Counted from the stretch's first letter, positions 1 through 10,800 are shown. The stretch is 64,000 nt of DNA from an uncultured Candidatus Saccharibacteria bacterium (GCA_964615205.1 CAZTQA010000002.1:53286-117285), one strand, 5' to 3'. Made by a program: numbers and translations. The notes: a model not told the origin generated them from the letters alone.

Positions 1-2
1 GC

Positions 3-1712
3 TTACCCTTTTAGCATCTGATTTATTTTAGCTCGAGTAGAAGGTCCCACAAATCCAGTGGCTTGTTTTAAATCTAATGGTTCTAATATCTCTGAAGAAA
101 ACTTTTCTTGAAAGCGGATAACCGCTTTTTGAGTTAATGAAAGAAAATTGCCTGTAATTAATCCTTCCGGGTAAATTTCTTCCCCCTGATTTTTTAAAAA
201 TTCTTGCAGACAACGAACCTCCTCATTGTTCTGAATCCCAAAATAAAGATTATTATTTAGAGATTGGCAGTATACTTGGTTTCTTTGAGCTAAAATTGAA
301 TCTATCTTAGCTTGAATTTCAGCAATTTTGGCTTTTAATTCTGCAATACGGGCCAAAAGCTTTTCTTGCTCCTCTTCCTCTTTCTGTTGAGGCGTCTTTT
401 CAACTGTTGATACAGTAAAACTGTATCTGTGGCCGCTTTCCTCTCCATTAAATCCGATTTTCTTGGACTGAGCCAAGGGCATAATAGTTAAAGAAACATT
501 CTCATCATTAAAATCCTCTACATAAAGAATAGCCTGATCGTTTCCGTCAAATTCAATAAAACCAATACTTAATTCTCCGTTAATATCTTCTACGATATAA
601 GGGATGTGAAAATAGGCCTGGGAATTATTCTCAAATTCTATTTTTAAAACATCCTTGCCTCCGATTATTTTATGCCAATTGCCACTCCAGTCCTTTACGA
701 TATTACTGATGGAAAAAGTGGTTTCTCCATATTTAGGAATAAGAATGATTTTGGGAGAAATACGCAAATTACTTAAATTTTCATTTGAATAACAATATTT
801 TTCCCCAACAGAACAGTCATTAATTAAAAGAGCAATAACCCAATCGCTGAAAATTTGATTAAAATCTTCTTCAAATCCGTTTTCATCAAGGGCATATTCT
901 ATTGAAGAAATACCTACTTTGGATGAAGTCAAGGAATCCACTAAAATTTCTATCCCATACTGTTCTACTAAGTATTGGGTAAAAAGATTAACCACTGCGT
1001 AATCTGCTTTTTCATTAAACCATTCTGTCAAAGAATCACTGGGTGAATTCAAAAAATTTCTTACCCGGCTGGCTAAGTTGCTGTTATCGTACTTTTTATC
1101 ATAGCCCAAAAAGGTTGATGTATAATCAGCTCTGGCTTCATTGAGCCAAACTTCTTCAGAGACCCCGTGAACATTATCCTTTTGGTTGAAGGTTATCATG
1201 TGCATAAATTCATGAGCTAAATAACCTTTAAGGTTGGGACTATTAATGTGATTAAGATTAATATACAGTATTTCCCTTTCGTTAGAAGTAGGCATTAATA
1301 TCTTCTCGTATTCATCCCTAGTGTTAAAATATCCACCTACATCTTCAACCATTTGGTGGAATAAGATTGTAATATGCTCGTCATTATCTATTCCTGTTTT
1401 CCATTCTATTCCGAAAGTGGGAGTAAGAGTAGGATAGATATGCTCTTCAAATTCTTTAGATAATTCATCTAATTTTTTATTTATGTCTATTTTCTGGATA
1501 TCGCTCAAACTATTCCAATATTCATCCTCAAAATAAAAATAAAGCTGGGAGCTTTTCTCTCTTAAAGTAGCTGAAATCTCTTTTCTTCCTTCAGAATCAT
1601 AAGAAGAATCCACAAAAAAATCAGTCTTTTGACCGACATAATCAGCAGAAACAGAAAAAGGCAGGATAATAAAAAAAGCCCCTATTAATAATGTTTTTAT
1701 TCTGCTATTCAT
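3..1712 (-). CDS. Secreted zinc metallopeptidase (HExxH gluzincin-type) with C-terminal peptidoglycan-binding (PG_binding_1-like) domain
   Basis: N-terminal signal peptide; HEFMH motif with a downstream Glu; coiled-coil segment; C-terminal segment 'LQEFLKNQGEEIYPEGLITGNFLSLTQKAVIRFQEKF' typical of PG-binding domains; stop TAA at 3-5. Confidence 0.6.
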   Translation of the reverse strand: MNSRIKTLLIGAFFIILPFSVSADYVGQKTDFFVDSSYDSEGRKEISATLREKSSQLYFYFEDEYWNSLSDIQKIDINKKLDELSKEFEEHIYPTLTPTFGIEWKTGIDNDEHITILFHQMVEDVGGYFNTRDEYEKILMPTSNEREILYINLNHINSPNLKGYLAHEFMHMITFNQKDNVHGVSEEVWLNEARADYTSTFLGYDKKYDNSNLASRVRNFLNSPSDSLTEWFNEKADYAVVNLFTQYLVEQYGIEILVDSLTSSKVGISSIEYALDENGFEEDFNQIFSDWVIALLINDCSVGEKYCYSNENLSNLRISPKIILIPKYGETTFSISNIVKDWSGNWHKIIGGKDVLKIEFENNSQAYFHIPYIVEDINGELSIGFIEFDGNDQAILYVEDFNDENVSLTIMPLAQSKKIGFNGEESGHRYSFTVSTVEKTPQQKEEEEQEKLLARIAELKAKIAEIQAKIDSILAQRNQVYCQSLNNNLYFGIQNNEEVRCLQEFLKNQGEEIYPEGLITGNFLSLTQKAVIRFQEKFSSEILEPLDLKQATGFVGPSTRAKINQMLKG

Positions 1713-1714
1713 CT

Positions 1715-2578
1715 TTATTGATTTTTAATTTGTTCTTGAAGCTGCTGGATTAACTGTGTTATTAAAACAATAATCTGCTGTTGGATTTCTTTGATTTTTT
1801 GTTTTAATTCTTCAATTGTCATTTCTTCCTTTTCCTCTTCCTCTTCTTTTTCCTCACCCTCTTCTTCCTCACCTATTTCTGAAACAACTGAAACATTAAT
1901 CCCCTCTCCGGGTTCTTCAATATTATTCCACCAGTCTGTAGCTCTTGTCTTAATGTTATAATCTCCCTCTTCCGGACTCTCCCAAACATATTCCCAAGTA
2001 AAACCGGTTTCAATACTTTCTTTGGGTTCTGCAGTTAACCAATTTTCTCCATTATTAAAAATAATTTCCACTTTTTGAACCGAGGAACCGCCTGTATCTG
2101 TAACTTGACCTTGAATAATAAAATCCTGGCCAACTAAAATTTCTTGGTCCTTTTCTAAATTAGTTACAGAAGAAACCGGAGCTTCGTCGTCTACATTTTC
2201 TTCTAATTCTGTCACATAACAGCGAACAACATTGGAAATATCAGAACTGCCGTCATCGTTTACAGCTTTCATAGCAAAAAAAACAGTCCTATCGTCGGGC
2301 AGTCCAGAAACTATAGCTTGGGTGGTTTCAGCTTCCCAGTTTTGGGAAAATTCTGTTGCCTGGCTATAATTTGAGGAATTAATATTAGCCAATGAATATT
2401 TCACTTCCCAACTCGTGGGACTGCCGCTCGGAATACCCCAGCGAAGCCAGACACCGTTGCTGACTTTGTCCTCAACGCACTGTAGATTTGTAATAGCATT
2501 AGGAGCTGCAGCTGAAACAAAATTAAGAGAAATAAAAATTCCCGCAATTATTATTGACGTGAGTATTATCTTTTTCAT
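1715..2578 (-). CDS. Secreted fibronectin-III-like / Ig-like protein with poly-Glu linker and C-terminal coiled coil
   Basis: signal peptide; beta-rich N-domain; E-rich low-complexity region; heptad-like C-terminus; starts 3 nt after the stop of the upstream gene. Confidence 0.45.
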   Translation of the reverse strand: MKKIILTSIIIAGIFISLNFVSAAAPNAITNLQCVEDKVSNGVWLRWGIPSGSPTSWEVKYSLANINSSNYSQATEFSQNWEAETTQAIVSGLPDDRTVFFAMKAVNDDGSSDISNVVRCYVTELEENVDDEAPVSSVTNLEKDQEILVGQDFIIQGQVTDTGGSSVQKVEIIFNNGENWLTAEPKESIETGFTWEYVWESPEEGDYNIKTRATDWWNNIEEPGEGINVSVVSEIGEEEEGEEKEEEEEKEEMTIEELKQKIKEIQQQIIVLITQLIQQLQEQIKNQ

Positions 2579-2610
2579 TTATTAATTATACAATAATCAA
2601 AAAAACTCTG

Positions 2611-2639
2611 CAAATCAAAAACCGCCCCTTTCGGGACGG
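2611..2639 (-). terminator. Intrinsic terminator (hairpin ccgcccc..gggacgg followed by U-run in minus sense)
   Basis: GC hairpin at 2622-2639; minus-sense T-tract from 2611-2621. Confidence 0.55.
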
Positions 2640-2670
2640 ATATTTGATTCCTCACAAGGAAAGGAAAATG

Positions 2671-5580
2671 TTACAAGTTAATGGTGATTGCGTTAGCTTC
2701 TGATTGAATGCTCCAATTTGATCCGCCAAACCCAGCATAACCGCTTGTTACAGTAACATCTGTATAAGCGTTTATGTACCATTTCTGGCTCAAATCAACT
2801 GTTCCCCAATCAGAATCGGTAAAGTCAACCCTTAATTCAATGGTTTTAGGAACTCCAATTTCAACAGTTAGATTGGTTCCAATACCAGAGAAAGCAATAG
2901 TTCCATCTGACTGACTAAGAGTTCTGGTAGTAGTAAGCTCTGTTCCATCTCCATCGTAAAGCTTGAACAATGTTGCGTCTGTGGTTCCAGTAATAGCAGT
3001 TGGTATTCCACTGTCAGTAGTAAAGGTTATAGCTGTAATAACAGCGTTTGCCAGATTGGCATCCATATTAGCAACATCCCATCTACCTACTACTGTATTA
3101 CTTGAAGGACTAACAGTTCCAGAAGGAGAATCTGATGCCTTGGTTATCTCTACCACTTTAGTGTCTAACTGGAATGTACCTCCGCTGTACGGACTGCTGA
3201 TAGCAAAATCAATAGCGGCACTGGCATCTGCATCTGTTCCGCTTTCAATACCAGTTAAGGTTAAGTTTGCCGTAGCTGCTACAGTTAAGTGGAAATCAGC
3301 AACATCACTAGTGCTACTAGGGTTACCCACTAAAAGAATATTTCTGTAAACGTTCTTTTCAAAACGAATATCAGTATCCCATGTATCAGAATCAAAAGTA
3401 AATACACCACCTGACTCTGAAACTGAATCAGTTAAAGGAGTGGTTCCATCATCAGCAAAAATCCTTAAAGCGCTAAGCTTACCAGTAGATGATGGCGTAA
3501 TAACTAAATCCTTTAATTTCATATCCTCTCTGGTAGTTCTAATCTTCAAAGCGCCAAAAACAACATTTGCGCTTGGAGTTAACACACCTTGATTGTAATG
3601 AGTTAAGGTTTTATCAGTGCTCGCAGCGCTGGTAAATGTTCCAGCAGCGTAAATCTTGATATTGGTACTAGCTACATCAGTAGCTGAGGTAATGGCTTCT
3701 CCAGATGACAAACCGGTTGCAGAATAACCGCTGAAAGTAATGGTTATTACATCATCATTAGCATCCAGGTTATCAGTAATACCCCTAACAGCTAATTTCT
3801 TGGTTGTTCCAGCAGGAACAGTCCAAGATAAAGAATATTCTTCTCCAGGATCAGCAGTCTCGGCATTTACAGTCAGTGTACTGGTAGAAACTGCGCTATA
3901 TCCATCACTGGTTACTTCATAAAGACCAACAGAACTTAAGTAATTAGTACCAGCAATATCAGGAGTACCAGCAAACAGAACATTGATGGTATCAAATATT
4001 ACAGCCTCTCCGGTTGCCTTTACATCAAATACAGCTAATGTTTGTGGAGATGTTGACTGAATCATAAAGGCATTTTGCCCTTGAGGATGATCAGCAGACA
4101 TTGCAACTGATATAGAACCAGTTCCAATAGTAACAGTATTAGCAGTGGTTGTTCCAGTGCTTGAAACATTTACACCAGAAGTAGCTCCCTTACCAATAAT
4201 AGCTCCGTCAGCAGCCACAGCCATTTTAATGGTGTTTCCGCTTCCGTTAACAATATCAGCTATTAATTCAAAGCTTTGGGAATAACCTTTAGTTAAGCTT
4301 ACTGGTGAAGTCAGATTAAAGGTAACTTTGTCATTACTTCCTAAGGTTCCAGCAGCTGTTACTGCATCTCCGCCGATTTTTCTAACTTTGAGATTAGAAA
4401 TATCAGAAGCAGAAATGGTTCCTGTGTTAGTGAATGTCATCTGATTAATAGTGACATCTTCATTAGAACCAGCAGAAACAGTGAATTTTTCTAACACAAT
4501 CTCTTTCTCTCCAATCTTGGCAGTATCCTTTGGAAGTGAACTGTATTCAGCTACAGTCAAAGTTCCAAGAGAACCAGCCGGCACAACTGTAAACACATTA
4601 CCTTTGACTGGAAAGTCACCAGTAAAGGTGGCTCCGCTTATTGCTGAAGCAGAATCAATACCCATTTGGACAGTACTCATTGTTGTTCCAGCAGCTGCAA
4701 TATTAACAGCAACACTTATCGTCCTGCTTCCTCCTTGAGGAATGGACAATTGAGGAACAATAACAAAAGTTGCTTGTCCGCCCACCAAATTCTTTTCAGT
4801 GGCTACCTCAATATTGTTTTCGTCAAGAAGCTTGACTTTAGCAATAGTAGTGGTATTGGTTTCAGCAGTTCCGTAGTTCTTTACAGTAAGACCGCTGATA
4901 GTGGTAGCTTCATCCTCACTGCCGTAAATAACGAATTTGGTTACTGTGTTAATAGCAGAACCTTTCATTACATTGGCAGATAAAGGTGTTTCTTTGGAAA
5001 GCACCACGCTTAATGGCTCAACTCCCTCCTCTTCCTCTTCCTCTTCTTCTTCCTCCTCTTCTTCTTCCTCCTCTTCTTCTTCCTCCTCAGCATCAGCTAA
5101 TAATTCGTTTAACTTTTCAATAGTAGTGTCACCGACATAACCGGTTCCAGAAGTTAAATTCCAAGGAGCCAATACATCTTCTTCATATAGCTCTTGGAAA
5201 TCAATAACCGCTGCTTTGGTCAAAGGACCAAAATAGTCAGTTTCGCTTCCTGGAGAACCAGCCCCGGTTTCAGCTACTTGTGTTCTAGAATCGCTATTTA
5301 AAACGATCTGTAAACATTCAACGTCATCGCCGGACATTCCTTGACTTAAGTGTCGGTCAAAAGCGGTGATGGAACAGCCAGAAACAGATGGAACAGTAGC
5401 GCCTTCCAATTCAGCTAACTGATTTTGAAGTTGGGTTAATTGAGATAATAAAGCATCAATTTGAACCTGAAGTTCAGCAGCAGTTAATGCTTGAGCTGGA
5501 GCAACGGCTACACTCATCATCATAACCGCGCAAGCCAAAGTAGTAGTACCGGCAACAATTTTTCTAATTAATTTAGACAT
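2671..5580 (-). CDS. Large S-layer-like cell-surface protein: signal peptide, coiled coil, PG-binding domain, poly-Glu linker, long Thr/Ser/Gly-rich beta domain
   Basis: signal peptide; 'DVECLQIVLN...GPLTKAAVIDFQ' PG_binding_1-like segment; run of about 22 Glu; T/S/G/V-rich remainder; rho-independent terminator immediately 3' of the gene. Confidence 0.55.
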   Translation of the reverse strand: MSKLIRKIVAGTTTLACAVMMMSVAVAPAQALTAAELQVQIDALLSQLTQLQNQLAELEGATVPSVSGCSITAFDRHLSQGMSGDDVECLQIVLNSDSRTQVAETGAGSPGSETDYFGPLTKAAVIDFQELYEEDVLAPWNLTSGTGYVGDTTIEKLNELLADAEEEEEEEEEEEEEEEEEEEEEGVEPLSVVLSKETPLSANVMKGSAINTVTKFVIYGSEDEATTISGLTVKNYGTAETNTTTIAKVKLLDENNIEVATEKNLVGGQATFVIVPQLSIPQGGSRTISVAVNIAAAGTTMSTVQMGIDSASAISGATFTGDFPVKGNVFTVVPAGSLGTLTVAEYSSLPKDTAKIGEKEIVLEKFTVSAGSNEDVTINQMTFTNTGTISASDISNLKVRKIGGDAVTAAGTLGSNDKVTFNLTSPVSLTKGYSQSFELIADIVNGSGNTIKMAVAADGAIIGKGATSGVNVSSTGTTTANTVTIGTGSISVAMSADHPQGQNAFMIQSTSPQTLAVFDVKATGEAVIFDTINVLFAGTPDIAGTNYLSSVGLYEVTSDGYSAVSTSTLTVNAETADPGEEYSLSWTVPAGTTKKLAVRGITDNLDANDDVITITFSGYSATGLSSGEAITSATDVASTNIKIYAAGTFTSAASTDKTLTHYNQGVLTPSANVVFGALKIRTTREDMKLKDLVITPSSTGKLSALRIFADDGTTPLTDSVSESGGVFTFDSDTWDTDIRFEKNVYRNILLVGNPSSTSDVADFHLTVAATANLTLTGIESGTDADASAAIDFAISSPYSGGTFQLDTKVVEITKASDSPSGTVSPSSNTVVGRWDVANMDANLANAVITAITFTTDSGIPTAITGTTDATLFKLYDGDGTELTTTRTLSQSDGTIAFSGIGTNLTVEIGVPKTIELRVDFTDSDWGTVDLSQKWYINAYTDVTVTSGYAGFGGSNWSIQSEANAITINL

Positions 5581-5805
5581 TTTTTTAATTTTTTACTGAT
5601 ATTCTTGCTTTCTCTTTTAGAAAATAGCAATTCTATCAGTAATTTTTTAACCTTTTATTTTATTACCGTTGACGACCTTTTAAGCATCTTTTAGGTATAA
5701 AGAATTCTTTGAGCTTTTAGCAAACACTTAAAAGATGTTTCTAACGGCTTTTTTTCGACCTTTAGACAACTTTCTTAAAATAGTTGTTTCAAAATAATAT
5801 TATTG

Positions 5806-6552
5806 TTAATAACCTAAAATCAAGATTTTTTCAAGGGCTTCCTGATAATTGCCTTCCTCAAACAGTTCTTTGACTTGGTCAGCTAATTCTTGCTGCATCT
5901 GGCTCAATTCCCTGCCCTCTAAATCTTTGAGTTCCCTTTCCACTAAAACCTTGTAATAATTATTGACTGAATCTTCTAATTCTTGTGTGTCAATCTTAGT
6001 AGCTAAAATTTCCTCTGCTATTTCTTTCTTCTCCTGGATGTCTTCTACTTTATTTTTAACTTCCGCGAACATATCAGAATTATTTTCAGCAAGAGCAACT
6101 TTCTTTATGGCTTCAGCTGTTTCTTTAACGCTTTTTTCCACTTCTTCCACTGCGGGAGCCAAGTTTCTGCCTTTATTTCCTTCGGCTATTTGCACTAATT
6201 CATTAAGCTTGTCCTGAGTAATCTCCATTTGAACTCTGGGCTTTTCTTCCTCTGAAGCTAAGCTTATTTTAGCTTTCTCTCCCATTCTCTTCACTGAATA
6301 AAGCATATCTCCAGGCAAAGAATCCTGACTAAAGCTAAAAGTACCCAACAAAAGGCAAAAACAAAAAGCAGTTACTAAAGCTGGTTTTAAAAAGGGCCTT
6401 ATCTCAAAAACTGAAACTAATTGGGCTATAAAAGACTGTTTTTGTTCTTGATTTTCAGATAAAATCCTGTTTTTAGCCAAAACAACCCAGTCTTCTCTGG
6501 GTTCAATATCCTGAATTTGTCTTAATTTTTGAATAAGCTCTTTTTCGGTCAT
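5806..6552 (-). CDS. Putative anti-sigma factor (single-pass membrane protein, extracytoplasmic coiled-coil domain)
   Basis: short cytoplasmic N-terminus, one TM helix, long charged coiled-coil ectodomain; lies directly downstream of the ECF sigma gene in the same orientation. Confidence 0.5.
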   Translation of the reverse strand: MTEKELIQKLRQIQDIEPREDWVVLAKNRILSENQEQKQSFIAQLVSVFEIRPFLKPALVTAFCFCLLLGTFSFSQDSLPGDMLYSVKRMGEKAKISLASEEEKPRVQMEITQDKLNELVQIAEGNKGRNLAPAVEEVEKSVKETAEAIKKVALAENNSDMFAEVKNKVEDIQEKKEIAEEILATKIDTQELEDSVNNYYKVLVERELKDLEGRELSQMQQELADQVKELFEEGNYQEALEKILILGY

Positions 6553-6612
6553 TTAAAAAAGAAAAACCGCTTCTATAATATTAAGACGGATTTAATCCCC
6601 TTTTTGTTACAC

Positions 6613-7107
6613 CTAAGCCAGTTCTTTTTTAAGGGCTTTCAATCCCCTGTGCAGCATAATCCTAATATTTCCTTCTGTTTTGTCCATAACTTCAGCTATT
6701 TCTCTAATGGGCATATCTTCAATATAATGGCAGAAAACCACATCTTGATACTCTGGCTTTATCTTAGATAAAGCTAACTTTATTTGTTCAAAATCTGATT
6801 TAGAAAAAACCTGTTCTTCTAAATTCTCCCTGTCTTCCAATTCCGGGCAATCATCAACTGAAACTGTCTTAATTTTGTTTTTTTCCCTATAATGGTCAGC
6901 TACCATATTTCTAGCTATCTGAAAAATAAAGGCCTGGGGATTTTTTATGTCTTGTTTTGAATTTAAGCTATGCCAAAAACGGGTAAAAACCTCTGAACAA
7001 AGATCTTCAGCTGTTTCTGAAGAATCCACTTTTAAAAGCACAAATCTATAGACCTTGGCAATATAACTATCATATATTTGACTGAATTTTTGGCTTATAC
7101 TCTCCAT
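6613..7107 (-). CDS. ECF-family RNA polymerase sigma-70 factor
   Basis: region 2 ('FTRFWHS...IARNMVADHYR') and region 4 HTH ('IREIAEVMDKTEGNIRIMLHRGLKALK') motifs. Confidence 0.85.
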   Translation of the reverse strand: MESISQKFSQIYDSYIAKVYRFVLLKVDSSETAEDLCSEVFTRFWHSLNSKQDIKNPQAFIFQIARNMVADHYREKNKIKTVSVDDCPELEDRENLEEQVFSKSDFEQIKLALSKIKPEYQDVVFCHYIEDMPIREIAEVMDKTEGNIRIMLHRGLKALKKELA

Positions 7108-7117
7108 AATTTGGTTT

Positions 7118-7194
7118 TGTCATATGACACTATGTCTAAACGTCATATGACAAAGGAATTATGTCATATGACATACATATTCTGTCATATGACA
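7118..7194. promoter_or_regulatory. Array of four copies of the 10-bp palindrome GTCATATGAC (three copies extend to the 12-bp palindrome TGTCATATGACA) spaced 21-23 bp apart; putative operator in the ECF sigma promoter
   Basis: palindromes read directly at 7119-7128, 7142-7151, 7163-7172 and 7184-7193; located between the stop of the HTH regulator gene (7195) and the start of the ECF sigma gene (7107). Confidence 0.6.
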
Positions 7195-7722
7195 TTACCC
7201 TAATTCGTAAAATGTATTACTAAAATCCCCTCTTAGTTTGATTAAACCTTTATTTTTCAAAAAAACAACATCCCTTTGAATAGTTCTTTTGCTTACTTTG
7301 GAAAAGTAATTCTGAATTTCCTTTAGCTGAACTCTCTTTTTCTCTTCTATAATAGCTAATATTTCCTTCTGGCGTTGAGAGATTTCTTTTGGGTTAGCTT
7401 TTTTTTCTTCAAAATAACTTTTCAATTCACTATATATTTTATCATATTCTCTCTGAAGTACCAAGAAATTGGAGGGTTTGGTTAATGACTTAGCAACAGC
7501 TGAATCAAAACATTCCTTAAGATTTTCTATATTCTTAGCTGTTTCTTTTGCCAGATAGATATCTTCAGCATTTGACCTCCTGCTACTCTGAAAAACAATA
7601 AGGTTACCCAGAATATTATTCACCTGGCCCCTTATATCCCCTCTCAAGGGTTCTTCTTTAGGAAAAACATCTGTCACCTTGTAAACAGCAAAACTTAAAT
7701 TAATAATTTGTTCTCTATTCAT
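7195..7722 (-). CDS. Transcriptional regulator with C-terminal DeoR-like winged HTH
   Basis: C-terminal 'ILAIIEEKKRVQLKEIQNYFSKVSKRTIQRDVVFLKNKGLI' matches the DeoR-type wHTH pattern; N-terminal 120 aa of unknown function. Confidence 0.5.
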   Translation of the reverse strand: MNREQIINLSFAVYKVTDVFPKEEPLRGDIRGQVNNILGNLIVFQSSRRSNAEDIYLAKETAKNIENLKECFDSAVAKSLTKPSNFLVLQREYDKIYSELKSYFEEKKANPKEISQRQKEILAIIEEKKRVQLKEIQNYFSKVSKRTIQRDVVFLKNKGLIKLRGDFSNTFYELG

Positions 7723-7795
7723 GGTTAAGTAATAAAAAAGCCGCTTCTATTTATAATACTAATAAAAACAGCTCCGTCAACCTGTGGATAATTAA

Positions 7796-7819
7796 GTAAA
7801 CTCACGATCGTGAGATTAC
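7796..7819. repeat. 24-bp near-perfect palindrome GTAAACTCACGATCGTGAGATTAC (copy 1 of 3), preceded by TGTGGATAA (7783-7791)
   Basis: read directly; abuts the stop of the ComEA/LTD gene; about 75 bp upstream of the start of the 7195..7722 regulator. Confidence 0.7.
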
Positions 7820-10800
7820 CTATCGTATTGGTTTGACAAAGTAAATAGAGTAATGACCCGGGAGATAAACGATTTTGTCGAAACCCAAAGAAATGCTCTG
7901 TCGGAAGCGCTCAAATGACTGACTAAAGATTTCTTCACCGTTAGAGTTTAAACCCATAACACCGCCGCCAGAACCAAGATAAGTATAAATATTCCCTTGG
8001 GAGTCAACAACTAAACTGTCTAAAGGATTGCTTAGCAATCTTTTCTCCCAAACAACTTTTCCGGTTGAAACGCTGACAGCATAAAGAACTCCGTAAACAG
8101 AACCAACCGGGCCCCAAACCGGATGGCGAGTGGCATAAACAACTTCTTCATCTGGGCTCAAAGCCCTAGGAAAAAGACCGTCGTAAGCAAGAGTCCAGAG
8201 TATATCCCCTTCTGAATTCAAAGCATGAAGATATTTGGAACGAATAAAGATTTTATTGTCTTGAGAAATAATAGGATAACTTAAATGTTCGGCTAATCTG
8301 TGAAGTTCTTCAAATTCTGTCTGCCATTTTTCTGTTCCGTCAGAATTAAAAGCCCAAAGCTTATTTTTATGGCTTACATAAACAGTTCCATCCGGTCCCA
8401 CAGAAGGAGAACTAATTTCATCGTCTATTTCTCTGCCAAAAGATTTTTTCCATAATTCCTGGCCTTGATTATCTAAAGCAAAAAGCACATGGTCATAGAC
8501 GTCATCCTCTTTCAAAAAAGTGCTGAAATAAACCACGCCCTCATCATCAACCGCTGGAGAAGTAGTATTAAACATATAATCAATTTCTTTTTTCCACATA
8601 AATCTGCCCGAAGAATCAACTGCGATTAATCCAGTTCCAGACATAAAATAAACTGTACCATCTGGACTGATAGCCGGAGAACTCCTAAGCATGCCCACAT
8701 CTGCTTCGTAAAACCATTCCTTATTCCCTTGAGTATCAAAAGTGTAAATTCCTGTTTTAAGCTCCACCCTTGCCGGAACATAAACCCTGTCGTTCGTAGC
8801 TACTACCAAACCAAAATAATCTCTATCCTCTTTTCTGCCAGCGAATATTCCTGAATCAATATCTTCACTATCGGGCCCTTCAAACCGGCTATAGCCGGAC
8901 CGTTGAGCGTTACCCCCAAACATTTTCCAGGGACTTTGGAAAAAATCCTCTTTATAGAAACTATTTTCTTGTTTGGGAGTCCCAAAAATTGAGTTTCCAT
9001 TAGCATCCTTACCATTAAATATTATCTGATTGTTATCCTGCCACTCATTCAAGCCAATCCTTTCCATAGAAATATAATCCGGTCCAGCTTTACCAGCCAG
9101 CCAAAGACCGTCTTGCGAACAAGTAGTAGAATCAATTAAATTATCATTCTGGTCAAAAAGCCATAGAACTTCACAACTATTATTACCCAATCCATTGCCA
9201 AAAGAACCGGTCCAGTCAGCGGAAATATCAGAAACAGCATTATCGTCTGTGCGTTCTATCAAATAAAAACCGTCTTCAGGAATAGTGGTTGTTCCTAACC
9301 CCTCAATAAAAGAAATGTCCGGCCCATTGTCTGAAGACACTAATTTCCAGCCGGAAATATCTATTTCTTTATCAGTATTGTTATAAAGCTCAATCCATTC
9401 ATCAAAACCAGATGCTTTGGTCCCCATCCAGGCAACTTCGTTTATTAAAACATCTTGCTTGTCCGCCGTAGCTTCAGCGGAGGCGGATTCTTCCTCTTCC
9501 CGATCTTCTTCATTCTCCTGATTCCCTTGGCTCTCTTCATTCTCTTGCTCTCCTGGGTTTCCTCCCCCATTTTCCTCTTCTTGGTTTTTGCTCGTCTCTA
9601 CTGGATTAGTAATATTAATTTTACTTTTAAATTCCGACAAATAATTACTTTTTCCGTTTTCTCTAACTCTAGCTATAATATCTGCCTGGCCTTGAAAATC
9701 TTGATTTTCAATTTTTAATCTAAATTTATTTTCAAACGAAGTGCCAAAGAAAACTTCTTCAATATAGTAAATGGAAGACTGCCAATTATTATCCTCGTCA
9801 CAATCAGAGTAGCAAATAGAAGGGAAAGGACTGCCGGTATCAATGGAAATCTTCACATCATAAACGACAAGATGAAGATTGGAAACAGAAAAAATAACTT
9901 CAATTTCCTTGTTTACCGGGTTTTCTTCTGGATAATCAAGTATAATCTCAGGAGAAGGAGTAGAGGAAGAACTAGAACTAGAACTAGAACTAGAACTAGA
10001 ACTAGAATCATCTTTAGGACCAACGTCATTTTCGACATAAGCGCAATCCTGGTCTATTATTTTTTGCAAGGTTATTTCACCGATTCCGCTCACCCTTATC
10101 AGTTCATAAAGAGAAGAAAAAGGTCTTCCATCTATTATCCTTTGAGCAATTACTGGTCCAACGCCTATTATTTTCTGCAAATCCTCTTTAGATGCAGTAT
10201 TAATATTTACAAGACAGATATCTGTTTCTTCTTCGTCTAATTTTTTTTCAACCTCCTCTTCTTCAATTTCTTCTTCAATTTCTTCTTCAATTTCTTTCTC
10301 TTTAATTTCCTCCTGATCCACTTGATCTTCTTGATTTTCTGGTTCTTGATCCTCTTGGTTCTCTTGATCCCCTATCTCCTCATTCTCTTGCTCTTCTTGA
10401 TTTTTTCGCCCTTCTATGTCAGAAGAAAATGGTTCTGAAACTTGAGCTCCAAAATCAGAAAATATATCAGCTATATTTTTAAAATCATCAACCGTACCCG
10501 ATATTTCATTTTCTATGCTTTTTCTAATCTTTCCAAAAAAAGAAGCCGGCTCCTCAAAGGGATAAGCCGGCACCGGCTCTGAAAAAATTACTTCCACTTT
10601 TGAAGAATCATCCCAGACAAACCCTCCGGTGTAAAGTTCATTCACCCCGCCCGTTATCTTTACAATAAATGGTGAAAGCTTAGTATTTCCTCTCTCAAGC
10701 CATTCTTCTATATCCCAAGGAGATCTTCCTAGCCACATAATACTGGAAGTTCCTTTTAACGGCTCTACTTCTTCAGGACAATAAAATTCTTCAACTATAT

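Noticed and set aside
2963-5140. Plus-strand ORFs of 60-128 aa (2963..3349, 3740..3922, 4451..4738, 4666..4983, 4937..5140) antisense to the S-layer-like gene, and similar antisense ORFs elsewhere (for example 13838..14077, 14216..14674, 34872..35279, 53094..53450, 55463..55867)
   Set aside because: These are shadow ORFs on the opposite strand of long, well-supported genes. Their composition is low-complexity (poly-Ser from antisense poly-Glu). They have no motifs and no independent start context.
5640-5720. Inverted repeat (catctttta ... taaaagatg, about 40 bp apart) and a TTGACG...TATAAA-like plus-strand promoter in the S-layer gene upstream region
   Set aside because: The match is short and AT-rich, so it is probably a chance palindrome. 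The promoter-like hexamers point away from any plus-strand gene.
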